Assembly (NCBI GenBank): GCA_963779685.1
Contig: CAVZZG010000001.1
Span: forward strand, 411,458-475,457
Length of the DNA stretch: 64,000 bases
Origin: an uncultured Actinomycetes bacterium
GTDB taxonomy: Bacteria > Actinomycetota > Thermoleophilia > Gaiellales > F1-60-MAGs149
Direction: 5' to 3'
The notes under the pieces were generated by a model that saw nothing but the letters and a program-made list of their open reading frames with translations, was not told the origin of the DNA and ran no database searches. Below, one piece after another: positions 48,022 through 56,350 of the stretch. The first letter of the stretch is position 1. Every line of letters begins with the position of its first letter. Both the position numbers and the translations under genes were made by a program.

Positions 48022-48025
48022 CCGG

Positions 48026-48232
48026 TTAGTGGTGTTCGACTTCCTGGCGGATGGTGGCGTCGTTGGACGGGTAGTAGATCGACTCGTGCCCGTCGTCCCA
48101 GCGCAGCCTGTAGTGGGCGTGCTCGCCCTCGCCGAGGACTTCCAGGATCTCGGCCGAGCGGCGCTTGTCGTGGAGGTTCCGCCCCTCGATGACGAGGGTG
48201 TCTCCGGGCTTGCCGTCGTGGATCGAGGCCAT
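48026..48232 (-). CDS. DUF1918 domain protein
   Basis: ATG 48232 inside track ORF 48026..48286, with AAGGAG 6 nt upstream. MASIHDGKPGDTLVIEG..RSAEILEVLGEGEHAHYRLRWDDGHESIYYPSNDA matches the DUF1918 pattern. Confidence 0.8.
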   Translation of the reverse strand: MASIHDGKPGDTLVIEGRNLHDKRRSAEILEVLGEGEHAHYRLRWDDGHESIYYPSNDATIRQEVEHH

Positions 48233-48276
48233 GCGCATCTCCTTGCCTTCTGTGCGCATGGTCGCGCCAGGGTGAC

Positions 48277-48313
48277 CCCGCAGCATCGGCGAGAGCCCCG
48301 CCGATGCTGCGGG
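48277..48313 (-). terminator. perfect 15-bp stem hairpin (possible U-tract-less terminator or attenuator)
   Basis: CCCGCAGCATCGGCG (48277-48291), loop AGAGCCC, CGCCGATGCTGCGGG (48299-48313). It lies between the secreted-protein gene stop (48332) and the DUF1918 start (48232). On the minus strand a TTTT run precedes the stem rather than following it. Confidence 0.35.
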
Positions 48314-48331
48314 AAAACCCGATGTGCGGTG

Positions 48332-48919
48332 CTAGTGGGTGACCGCGGTGTTCGTCAGCGATCCGACCTGGATGGCGATGATCTTGCCGTCGCCGGCACG
48401 GATCTGGCTGCCGGCGGGGGTCGCGATCTCCAGGGTCACGTTGCCCGGCGCGGCGAACGTGTGGACGACCTCGTTGTTGCACGGCCACTCCCCGATGCCG
48501 GGCGTGACGACGTACTGGGTGTCGAAGTCGCCGCCGGCGCGCAGGGTGCACTGCGGGGTGTGTGGGCCCGAGATGTCGTCCATGGGCACCTTGCTGAAGA
48601 TCACGTACTTCCCGGCCACCGGGATGTGGAGCGTCATGATCACGTTCGTCGCGTTGGCGGTCAGCACGGGCGGCGAGATCGTGTTGCGGTAGGCCGCGTA
48701 CGCGACGTTCCCCTGGCCCCTGGCCATGTCGGCGGCCTTGAGCGAGTGGTCCTTGACCTTCGCGCTCGTCACCGCGTTGTTCTTCAACTGCTTCGTGCCC
48801 ACGCTGTTGTTCGGCAGGGCGAGGGCCGCGTAGCTCGTGCCGCCGAGGGCGACGAACAGCGCGAGCGTCGCCACCGCACTCGCGTACGAGGGGCGTACGC
48901 GCCGGATCCGGTCCTTCAT
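48332..48919 (-). CDS. secreted hypothetical protein (paralogue of 15678..16196)
   Basis: ATG 48919 inside track ORF 48332..48985, with AGGAGG upstream. Signal peptide ..AVATLALFVALGGTSYA, then LPNNSVGTKQLKNNAVTSAKVKDHSLKAADM. Confidence 0.75.
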   Translation of the reverse strand: MKDRIRRVRPSYASAVATLALFVALGGTSYAALALPNNSVGTKQLKNNAVTSAKVKDHSLKAADMARGQGNVAYAAYRNTISPPVLTANATNVIMTLHIPVAGKYVIFSKVPMDDISGPHTPQCTLRAGGDFDTQYVVTPGIGEWPCNNEVVHTFAAPGNVTLEIATPAGSQIRAGDGKIIAIQVGSLTNTAVTH

Positions 48920-48998
48920 GGAGACCTCCTGTTGGGAGCGGGTCCCGCACAGTACCCGGCGGGTGTCGCGCCACCCGCCGGGCACCGTGTTCCCACCG

Positions 48999-51533
48999 CT
49001 ACCGCTGAACTGCGGGTACGAGCAGCGTCTCGGGCGTCGACGCGGGGTCGTCGAGCGACACCTCGAAGGGCGCCTTGGGATCGAGCGTCCCGTCCAGCGC
49101 GACCGACGCCATCCGGCCGTGCACGACCTGGCCGCGGCCGACCGGCTGGCCGTTCTGGAACACGGTCACCCATGTCCCCCGCATGCTCGGCCCGGAGCTG
49201 CCGCCGCCCTGGCGGCGCGCCGCACGCAGGCCGGCGGCCGCCGGAGCGGTCGTGAACTGCATCGCGAGCCGGCTGCCGCTGAGGGTCAGGCCGCTGACGC
49301 GCACCAGGTAGCTGAGCGGCGAGGCGAGCCGGATCGGCATCGTCGGGTCGCCGAACCAGTGGTACAGGTAGAGCTCGGCTCGGGTGCTCGGGTCGTCCTG
49401 GAAGTCGAGCCCGTTCTGCGTGTTCATGTACCACTTGCCCGCCACGAGCACGTCTCCCATGCGCGTGATCCGCGTGGGCGAGCCGTACGACGGCAGCACG
49501 TTCGGGAAGATCGCGTCGAACATCCCGAGCGCGATGTGGTTGTTGGTGAAGCTCGGGCTGTTGCGCGAGTCGCCCACGACGCCGACGGCGCCGCCGGTTG
49601 GCGTCAGCAGCAGCTGCTCGTCCAGGCTCTGGCCGGGATCGTCGAACTTGCCGCTGGCGCAGTTGATGGCGAACACGACCGGCAGCAGGTTGCCGTTCGT
49701 GAGCGAGCCGATCGTCGAGGTCGAGAAGTCGGGATTGCCCCAGAAGGTCGGAGCGCCGTGATCGCGATGGAACACGATGAAGCGCCCGCCGTTCCAGGCG
49801 TTCACGAGATCGGTGGTCGTGCCGTTCCAGGGGAAGCCGGGCCGCCGCAGCGAGAGCGGCATCGCGGTGCCGTCGTAGTAGGTGGTCGGATTCACGCTCG
49901 CCGAGTCGGCCGTGTAGATGCGGTCGACCGTGCGGCCGTCGGCCTCCATGGCGTTGGCGATGGTCTGGCTGGTCTTGACGAACCCGCGCTCGTCCTGCGG
50001 CCCTGCGCCCTGGAAGTAGCTCGTGAGGGCCGCGTGCGAGTAGAAGCCGAAGTTGATCGGCGGGCTCTGCTCGTACGCGACGATCTTCGCCACCGCCGCG
50101 TTCGCCTCGGCGAGGGTGTTGGCCGGGATCCGGCCGACCGCGAGGTCGGGCAGCAGGTCGGTGTCGTCGGCCTGCGCGTACGGCAGGTCGGTGGCGATCA
50201 TGCCGTCGAACCCGGTCGCCCACGGGCTGGTCACGAGGCTGGTCGGCACCTGCCCGACGTCGCCGACGATCGCGACGTAGGAGGGCCGCATCAGGCAATC
50301 CCGTGCCAGCTCGTGCCGGATGTACGCCTGCACCTGGGCGGCGGTGGTGCCGATCTGGCCGGCGCCGGAGCCGACCTCCACGACGCGCGAGACGAAGCCC
50401 GCCGCCGACCGGGCCGTGGCGAGCGTGTCGGCCGCCGGCCGCAGGCCGGACGAGGTGATGATCAGCAGCTCCTCACCGCAGAACAACCGGCTGATGCCGG
50501 GTCCGAGCTGCGCCGTCACCGTCGACCAGTTCACGAGTGACGAGGCGTAGAGCGACCGCGCGCTGCGCTCCCAGCCGCTTGCGATCTCGGCCGGTCCGAA
50601 GCTGGTCGGCCGGACATCGCCGTTGGGCGCGAACGTCACGCGAAGGTGGAGCGAGCGGTACACGTGCAGCGCGCCGGTCAGCGGCACGTACGTGGCGCCC
50701 GTGGTCTCGACGCCGCCGGCGCTGAGGTCGCGCAGCTTGCCGACGTCACCGGCGGCGGCCGGCGTCGACGGGTACCGCCCGTCCGACTTGTAGGCCTTGC
50801 GATCGATGGCGAACGGCGGGTCGGCGAAGGGGTCGTTCTCGCCGGTCGCGTCCGCGGGCTGATCCTGGTGGGGGAAGAGGGCAACGCCCGGGAGGTCGTA
50901 GCCGGTCGAGTCGAGGACCTCGACCTGGGGGACGGTGCCGGGCGGGATTGCGAAGAAGCTCGTCAGCGACGGCAGCCCCGGCGAGCCGATCGCGCCGCCG
51001 GTGCCGAAGCCGTCCATGGACAGGGCCACGAAGGGCTCGCCGTTGCCCGTGTGGCCCGCGAAGCTGGGCGGCGGCAGGACGATGCGCAGATCGAGCCCGC
51101 CCAGGGACGAGTGCGACACTCGCACGCCGGGCTTGCGTCCGTGACGGTGCCGCTGCCAGGTACCGCCGCAAGCCTTGGCGCCGCGCATGCCGCGCAGCGC
51201 GGTCTCGGCCCGAAGGGCGTCGGCCGCGATCGTCGCGGCGTCGCCAGCCGGCAGACCCGCGCCACCAAGCGCGCCACGCAGCGCATCGAGGCTCCCGATC
51301 GCGTCGCACGGTCGTGCCCCGTCGGCGGCGTCGACGAACGGCTGGAGGACCGCGCCGGCGGCCGGAGGCACGGACGGCGCGCCAAGGTCGAGCGTCAACT
51401 GAGCCAGGACGCCGCCGGCGCCGTGATGGTGGCGGCCGTGGTGGCCCTCGTCGCGGTGGCGGTGGGCCAGGGCGGGAGGTGCAAAGGCCAGGATGGCGGC
51501 GGTCGCGCCCAGGAGCATGTGGTGTGTTTTCAC
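48999..51533 (-). CDS. peptidase family C25 (gingipain-like cysteine protease), secreted
   Basis: GTG 51533 (alternative ATG 51518) inside track ORF 48999..52601. Signal peptide KTHHMLLGATAAILAFAPPALA and a His-rich stretch HRHRDEGHHGRHHHG. C25 core: ELLIITSS, YVAIVGDVGQVP, IATDLPYA, VGRIP, candidate catalytic His in FHRDHGAPTFW and Cys in FAINCASGKFD. Confidence 0.75.
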   Translation of the reverse strand: MKTHHMLLGATAAILAFAPPALAHRHRDEGHHGRHHHGAGGVLAQLTLDLGAPSVPPAAGAVLQPFVDAADGARPCDAIGSLDALRGALGGAGLPAGDAATIAADALRAETALRGMRGAKACGGTWQRHRHGRKPGVRVSHSSLGGLDLRIVLPPPSFAGHTGNGEPFVALSMDGFGTGGAIGSPGLPSLTSFFAIPPGTVPQVEVLDSTGYDLPGVALFPHQDQPADATGENDPFADPPFAIDRKAYKSDGRYPSTPAAAGDVGKLRDLSAGGVETTGATYVPLTGALHVYRSLHLRVTFAPNGDVRPTSFGPAEIASGWERSARSLYASSLVNWSTVTAQLGPGISRLFCGEELLIITSSGLRPAADTLATARSAAGFVSRVVEVGSGAGQIGTTAAQVQAYIRHELARDCLMRPSYVAIVGDVGQVPTSLVTSPWATGFDGMIATDLPYAQADDTDLLPDLAVGRIPANTLAEANAAVAKIVAYEQSPPINFGFYSHAALTSYFQGAGPQDERGFVKTSQTIANAMEADGRTVDRIYTADSASVNPTTYYDGTAMPLSLRRPGFPWNGTTTDLVNAWNGGRFIVFHRDHGAPTFWGNPDFSTSTIGSLTNGNLLPVVFAINCASGKFDDPGQSLDEQLLLTPTGGAVGVVGDSRNSPSFTNNHIALGMFDAIFPNVLPSYGSPTRITRMGDVLVAGKWYMNTQNGLDFQDDPSTRAELYLYHWFGDPTMPIRLASPLSYLVRVSGLTLSGSRLAMQFTTAPAAAGLRAARRQGGGSSGPSMRGTWVTVFQNGQPVGRGQVVHGRMASVALDGTLDPKAPFEVSLDDPASTPETLLVPAVQR

Positions 51534-51611
51534 GCGTCTCACGCTTATGGATACCGCCAGGTTGTGCCCTGCAAAACCATGCAAAGCTACTGATTTCGGG
51601 TTCGTCATCCG

Positions 51612-52622
51612 GTGCTCGATACTTCGGGCATGGCAATCCCTGCGTCGATCCGCGAGCTTCTGCTCGACCCGCCCTCCCTGGTTCCCGCGGTCCGCGATCC
51701 GTACGAGGCCCCGGCGGCCGACGTCGTGCGGCCGGTGTCCGAGGTCGACGACCCGCTCATCAATCTGCTCGGCGTCCCGTTCGATGTCACCATCCTGGGG
51801 CGCAGGGGTGCGAAGGAGGGGCCGGCCGGCGTTCGTCGCGGGTTCCTGACGTGCCTGTCCTACGAGCCCGGGCTCGGTGTCGACCTCTCGACTGCGGCCA
51901 GGATCGCCGACGTCGGCGACGTCGACGTGCTGCACACGAACGTCGACGCGACCTGGGATCGCGTCTCGACCGTGGTCGAGGCGCTGGTTGCGACCGGCGT
52001 GCCGCTGGCCGTCGTCGGCGGCGATCATGGCCTGGCCTTCCCGATCCTCCGCGGGGTGGGCGCGGCCCTGCCGGGCCGGCGCGTCGGCGTGATCTCGGTC
52101 GACGCCCACTTCGACGTGCGCATCTCCCATCACGGCGAGCCCTCGAGCGGCGTGCCGTTCCGGTGGATCCTCGACCGCCACGCCGAGTCGTTCAGCGGCC
52201 GCAACCTCGTCGAGTTCGGTCTGGCCGGGTGGCTCAACACCAAGCGCTACCACGACTACCTGCTCGAGCAGGGTGCGCGGATCGTGACGATGCGTGAGAT
52301 CCGGCGCGGCGACTGGGATGCCCTCGTGCAGGAGGCGCTCGACCGCGCCGCCGACGGCACCGACGCGATCTGGATGACCTTCGACATCGATGCCATCGAG
52401 GGCGCCACGGCCGGCGCCACCAACGTCCCCGCGATCGGCGGGCTCTCGCCGTTTCAGGCGCAGGATCTGGTGTGGGCGTTCGCGAACCATCCGAAGGCGG
52501 TCGGGATGGACGTGATGGAGGTCTCGCCGCCCCTCAACCCGACGGGCCTCACCGAACGTCAGGCCGCCTCGTTGGTGCTGGACTTCGCGGCCGGGATCCA
52601 TGCCTCCCGCAGGTCAGCATGA
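51612..52622 (+). CDS. arginase/agmatinase/formimidoylglutamase family (ureohydrolase) protein
   Basis: Track ORF (GTG; ATG 51630 is an alternative). Metal-binding motifs VVGGDHGLAFP, SVDAHFDV, TFDIDAIE, MEVSPP. Confidence 0.8.
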   Translation: MLDTSGMAIPASIRELLLDPPSLVPAVRDPYEAPAADVVRPVSEVDDPLINLLGVPFDVTILGRRGAKEGPAGVRRGFLTCLSYEPGLGVDLSTAARIADVGDVDVLHTNVDATWDRVSTVVEALVATGVPLAVVGGDHGLAFPILRGVGAALPGRRVGVISVDAHFDVRISHHGEPSSGVPFRWILDRHAESFSGRNLVEFGLAGWLNTKRYHDYLLEQGARIVTMREIRRGDWDALVQEALDRAADGTDAIWMTFDIDAIEGATAGATNVPAIGGLSPFQAQDLVWAFANHPKAVGMDVMEVSPPLNPTGLTERQAASLVLDFAAGIHASRRSA

Positions 52623-52710
52623 CGGCGTCCCCGACCGATCGAGTCCGCGTCCGGCGGATGCCCGAGCACGCGCGCGTGGGCGACCGACTCCTGCATCGCC
52701 CGGACTGAGG

Positions 52711-53841
52711 TCAGCCCACGGAGGCGGCGAGGGCGCGGCTGGCCGCGATCGCGAGCCGGTCGCCGACGGCATCGTCGGGTTCGGGCCACGACGATTGCTT
52801 CGCCACCACGACCCGGGCTACCGGATCGGCGTAGATCAGTTGCCCGTGGATGCCGATCGCCACGGCCACGCCCGCCTCCTGCCGCGGCTGGTACCAGTAG
52901 CTGCGGTAGGCGCCGCCGGGGAGGAAGTCGGCGTAGTCACCGGCTGCCCAGAGGGCCGGGTCGCCGCCCTCGCGCAGGTCGCGGACGAAGCCGGCGTCGA
53001 TGAACCCCGACCCGTCGTCGATCACGGTCTGACCGATCAGCGCCATGTCGCGCGTGGTGGTGTTCAGGCCCCCTGCGGCGCGCGACGCGCCGTAGCGGTC
53101 GACCGTCAGATCGGCGTCGGACGCGGCCCCCATCGGCGTCCAGAGGAAGCGCGTCAGCGCCTCCGGATACGACATGCCGGACGCCCGTTCCAGCGCCCAG
53201 CCGAGCAGGTCGGTGTTCGGGGAGAGGTACCGGAACCGCTCGCCGTGGCGGCCGCCGCCGGGGGTGATCGAGGCCAGGTACCCGTGGAGCCCCTCCGTGG
53301 CGCCGGCGGCCGGGTACCACCCGGTCGACTGCCGGTAGCGGCGGACGTCCTCGCCGGGCGAGTAGTCCTCGACGAAGGCGATCGAGGTCGCCATGTCGAG
53401 CAGGTCACGCACGCTCGCCCCAGCGAAACCCGACGCGGCGATCTCGGGGACGTAGCGCTCGACGCCTGCGTCGAGGTCGAGCAGCCCCGCCGTCGCGAGC
53501 GCACCCGCCAGCAGGCCGGTGACGGATTTCGTGACGCTCATCAGGATGTGCCGATCGCCCGGGTCGACCCCGGGGGCGTACCACTCGAGCGCGACGGCGC
53601 CGTCGTGGAGCACGATCAGCGCGTCCGTGAAGCTCTCGCCGAGGTAGGCCCCGATCCGCCGTTCCACCCCGTCGTCGCCGCGGAACCCGGCATCGAGCAG
53701 ACCGGGCCGGTCAGCCGCCGGCAGCTGCCGGGCGTCGCTGCCGCGGCGGATGCGCGCCGTGGGGATCAACTCGCGGACATGGCGGAACGCCCAGCGGTTT
53801 CCGGGCGGTCGCATCCAGTCGGCGAGCGTCGGGCGGTCCAT
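52711..53841 (-). CDS. serine hydrolase, beta-lactamase/transpeptidase-like
   Basis: Track ORF. SxxK motif in MSVTKSVTG. Class C/esterase-like length. Confidence 0.75.
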   Translation of the reverse strand: MDRPTLADWMRPPGNRWAFRHVRELIPTARIRRGSDARQLPAADRPGLLDAGFRGDDGVERRIGAYLGESFTDALIVLHDGAVALEWYAPGVDPGDRHILMSVTKSVTGLLAGALATAGLLDLDAGVERYVPEIAASGFAGASVRDLLDMATSIAFVEDYSPGEDVRRYRQSTGWYPAAGATEGLHGYLASITPGGGRHGERFRYLSPNTDLLGWALERASGMSYPEALTRFLWTPMGAASDADLTVDRYGASRAAGGLNTTTRDMALIGQTVIDDGSGFIDAGFVRDLREGGDPALWAAGDYADFLPGGAYRSYWYQPRQEAGVAVAIGIHGQLIYADPVARVVVAKQSSWPEPDDAVGDRLAIAASRALAASVG

Positions 53842-53848
53842 GGTCGGT

Positions 53849-54649
53849 CTACGCGGTCGCGACGTCGCGACGCTCGAAGATGATAGTCGCGGCCGCGACC
53901 GCGGCCAGGGTCGCCACCAGCAGGACGCTCAGCCGTGCCGGGTCGACCATCGCCTCGAGAGGGTTGCGCCCGGCGTAGTAGAACGGCGACAGCCACCGGA
54001 AGGGGTCGAGCCACCGCGCGATCTCGTGCAGGGTCGCCACCAGGTAACCGAGCGCAGCCACGGCCGCGGGGATGCCGATTGCCGAGGACCGGTGACGGGT
54101 TGCCGCACCGACCGCCAGCGCCAGCCAGCCGTGGAACAGGCCCAGCAGGGCCAGCGACACGCCGGCCATCAGCAGGCGCCCCGTCACCAGGTCGAAGCCG
54201 ACGATGAGGTCGGCCACGGCCAGTGCGGCGACCACCGCGCCGGCGAAGACGATGCACTCCAGCGCCACCACCGCAGCCCGCGACACCAGGAGCGTGGTCC
54301 GGCTGACGGGGCAGGCAAGCCACACGTCGAGCAGGCCGTGCTCCTCGTCGCCCGCCACCAGGCTCGCCCCGGCGGCGATCGCGACCGTGATCGCGAAGGC
54401 GGGCAGCATGAAGCTGAACAGCTCCGCGTCGACGTATCCCTTGCCGCTGGTGAAGCTGAGGCTGCCGCTCATGCCGAACATCTTCTTGAGCACGTCCGGG
54501 TAGTTGTCGACCAGCTTGTCGAACTCCGGCGATCCGTGGATCGAGGGAAAGACGGCCGCCGTCATGGCGACGTAGAGCACGACCCCGACGCACCACCCGA
54601 TCAGCGAGCGCGAGCGGTCGATCAGGCTGCGGCGGAAGAGCTCAACCAT
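53849..54649 (-). CDS. ABC-2 type transporter permease
   Basis: ATG 54649 inside track ORF 53849..54661. It overlaps the ATPase stop by 8 nt. Six hydrophobic segments. Confidence 0.75.
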   Translation of the reverse strand: MVELFRRSLIDRSRSLIGWCVGVVLYVAMTAAVFPSIHGSPEFDKLVDNYPDVLKKMFGMSGSLSFTSGKGYVDAELFSFMLPAFAITVAIAAGASLVAGDEEHGLLDVWLACPVSRTTLLVSRAAVVALECIVFAGAVVAALAVADLIVGFDLVTGRLLMAGVSLALLGLFHGWLALAVGAATRHRSSAIGIPAAVAALGYLVATLHEIARWLDPFRWLSPFYYAGRNPLEAMVDPARLSVLLVATLAAVAAATIIFERRDVATA

Positions 54650-55541
54650 GATCCGCCGCACGGTAGTAGGACAGGAAGATCTCCTCGAGGTCGGCGTGCT
54701 CGGCCGCCAGGTCCTCCACGCCGAGTGGTGCGATCAGTGCCACCAGCGCATCCATCGGGCCCTCGACCGAAAGCCGGAGGATCTCACCGGGGGCCCGGGA
54801 CTCGACTCGCACGTTCGGGAGGGCGGCGAGCGCGTCGGCCGGCACCGGCCGGCGCGTCCGGATGGTGACGTGGCGAACGGCGCGGCCGCGGAGGTCCTCG
54901 ACGCCTTCGACCGCAACCAGGCGGCCCTCGCGGATGATCGCCACGCGATCGGCGACGTGCTCGACCTCGGCCAGGACATGCGACGAGAGCAGCACGGTCG
55001 CTCCCCCGGCAGCGTGCTCGCGGACGAGCTCGCGGAACTCCTCCTGGGCGATCGGATCGAGGCCGCTGGTCGGCTCGTCGACCACCAGCACCGCCGGGTC
55101 GTGCATGAAGGCCTGGATGAGGCCGATCTTCTGGCGGTTGCCCTTGGACAGGTGGTGCAGCGGCCGGTCGAGCTCGACCTCGAGGCGCGTCGCCAGGCGC
55201 TCCACCGCGGCCCGCCCGGCGCCGCCGCGAAGCCGGGCGAGGCTCTCCAGCACCTCCCGCCCGGACAGCCGCTGCGGCAGGCGGAGATCGCCGGCGAGAT
55301 AGCCGAGCTGCCGATGGACGGCGACCCGATCCCGGCGCACATCGAGACCGAGGATCGCCGCCGAGCCGGCAGTCGGCCGGATCAGGTCGAGCAACGTCCG
55401 GATCAACGTGGTCTTGCCGGCGCCATTCGGTCCCAGCAGGCCGACGACCTCGCCCGGTGCAATGCCGAGCGTCACGCGGTCGAGCGCCCGTACGCCGCCC
55501 GGGAAGGTCTTCGTCAGGTCCTGGATCTCGATGGCGGGCAC
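54642..55541 (-). CDS. ABC transporter ATP-binding protein
   Basis: Track ORF. GPNGAGKTT, LSKGNRQK, VLVVDEPT. Confidence 0.9.
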   Translation of the reverse strand: MPAIEIQDLTKTFPGGVRALDRVTLGIAPGEVVGLLGPNGAGKTTLIRTLLDLIRPTAGSAAILGLDVRRDRVAVHRQLGYLAGDLRLPQRLSGREVLESLARLRGGAGRAAVERLATRLEVELDRPLHHLSKGNRQKIGLIQAFMHDPAVLVVDEPTSGLDPIAQEEFRELVREHAAGGATVLLSSHVLAEVEHVADRVAIIREGRLVAVEGVEDLRGRAVRHVTIRTRRPVPADALAALPNVRVESRAPGEILRLSVEGPMDALVALIAPLGVEDLAAEHADLEEIFLSYYRAADHG

Positions 55542-55608
55542 GTGCGGCTCCCTCGATGCAGAAAGGGGGCGGCTGCCACCGGCAACCGCCCCCTCCTTCG
55601 GACGTGGT

Positions 55609-56235
55609 TCAGGCAGTGACGGTAGTGGTCGAGACTTCCGGCGCCTTGACCGCCGTCTCCTTGGTCGCCCGTGCCAGCAGCCCGCCGCTGATCACGAGGA
55701 ACCCGACTCCGGCGAGCACGAAGCCGACGCCGATCACCATCGCGAACAGGGCCAGCTGGTCGGCCATGTACGACGTGTTGAGGGCGGTGGTGAGTGCCGT
55801 CTCGGTGACCCAGAGGTCGCGTGCCGGGTTGGACATCGGTCCGCCGGCTGCGGTCTTCGTGGCCGCTGCGGCGTCGTTCGTGCCCTTGCCGTCTGCGCTG
55901 GCGAAGCGGGGCATCTGCGCGTACGGCATGCCGCCGCTCGCCTCGAGCGTGTGGATCCGCATGTACTGCGCGAAGCAGCGGGCGCGGTCACCGGAGTTGA
56001 CGTCCAGGCCGGCGACGCTGCAGCTCGGGATCGCGACGTTCTTGAGGCCGGCATCGCTGACGGCCTTCGCGATCAGCGCCGGTGTCATGTCGGCCGAGCC
56101 GACGATCTGCTCCGCCTTCAGACTGTCCGAGACGGTGCCACGACCGCCCCAGCCCATCGCGATGGCGACCACGCCGAACGCGATCAGCACGACACCGGCG
56201 ATGTAGCCGCCGTACCTGAAGAGATTCTTGTTCAT
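55609..56235 (-). CDS. hypothetical membrane protein (TM - extracytoplasmic domain - TM)
   Basis: ATG 56235 inside track ORF 55609..56541, with GGAGGAG 3 nt upstream. MNKNLFRYGGYIAGVVLIAFGVVAIAMG... and a C-terminal TM FAMVIGVGFVLAGVGFLVISGG. Confidence 0.7.
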   Translation of the reverse strand: MNKNLFRYGGYIAGVVLIAFGVVAIAMGWGGRGTVSDSLKAEQIVGSADMTPALIAKAVSDAGLKNVAIPSCSVAGLDVNSGDRARCFAQYMRIHTLEASGGMPYAQMPRFASADGKGTNDAAAATKTAAGGPMSNPARDLWVTETALTTALNTSYMADQLALFAMVIGVGFVLAGVGFLVISGGLLARATKETAVKAPEVSTTTVTA

Positions 56236-56350
56236 GACTCCTCCCGGAGTTCTCGTTTCCTCCAGCGTGGTCGATGAACGGCCGTGCAGCATCCGCGCTA
56301 CGCCACGGTTCGGGACGTAGTTACCCGCACTCCTCTCGAACGTCGAGCAG

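Noticed and set aside
47660-48025. Repeat island as a CRISPR array
   Set aside because: There are only four copies. Orientation flips between copies 2 and 3, spacing is irregular (core starts 67, 143 and 98 nt apart), and there are no cas genes in the window.
47569-48974. Track ORFs crossing the repeat island (47569..48018-, 47652..48974-, 47815..48009+) with recurring peptides such as CDVACRAA / GVACRAAKS
   Set aside because: The recurring peptides are simply translations of the DNA repeat in different orientations. There are no coding motifs, and the frames overlap better supported genes.
51534-52601. 356-codon N-terminal extension of the C25 protease ORF
   Set aside because: The extension is antisense to the arginase-fold gene and Arg/Asp/Gly/His-rich. 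A good signal peptide starts at 51533/51518, which is the natural start.
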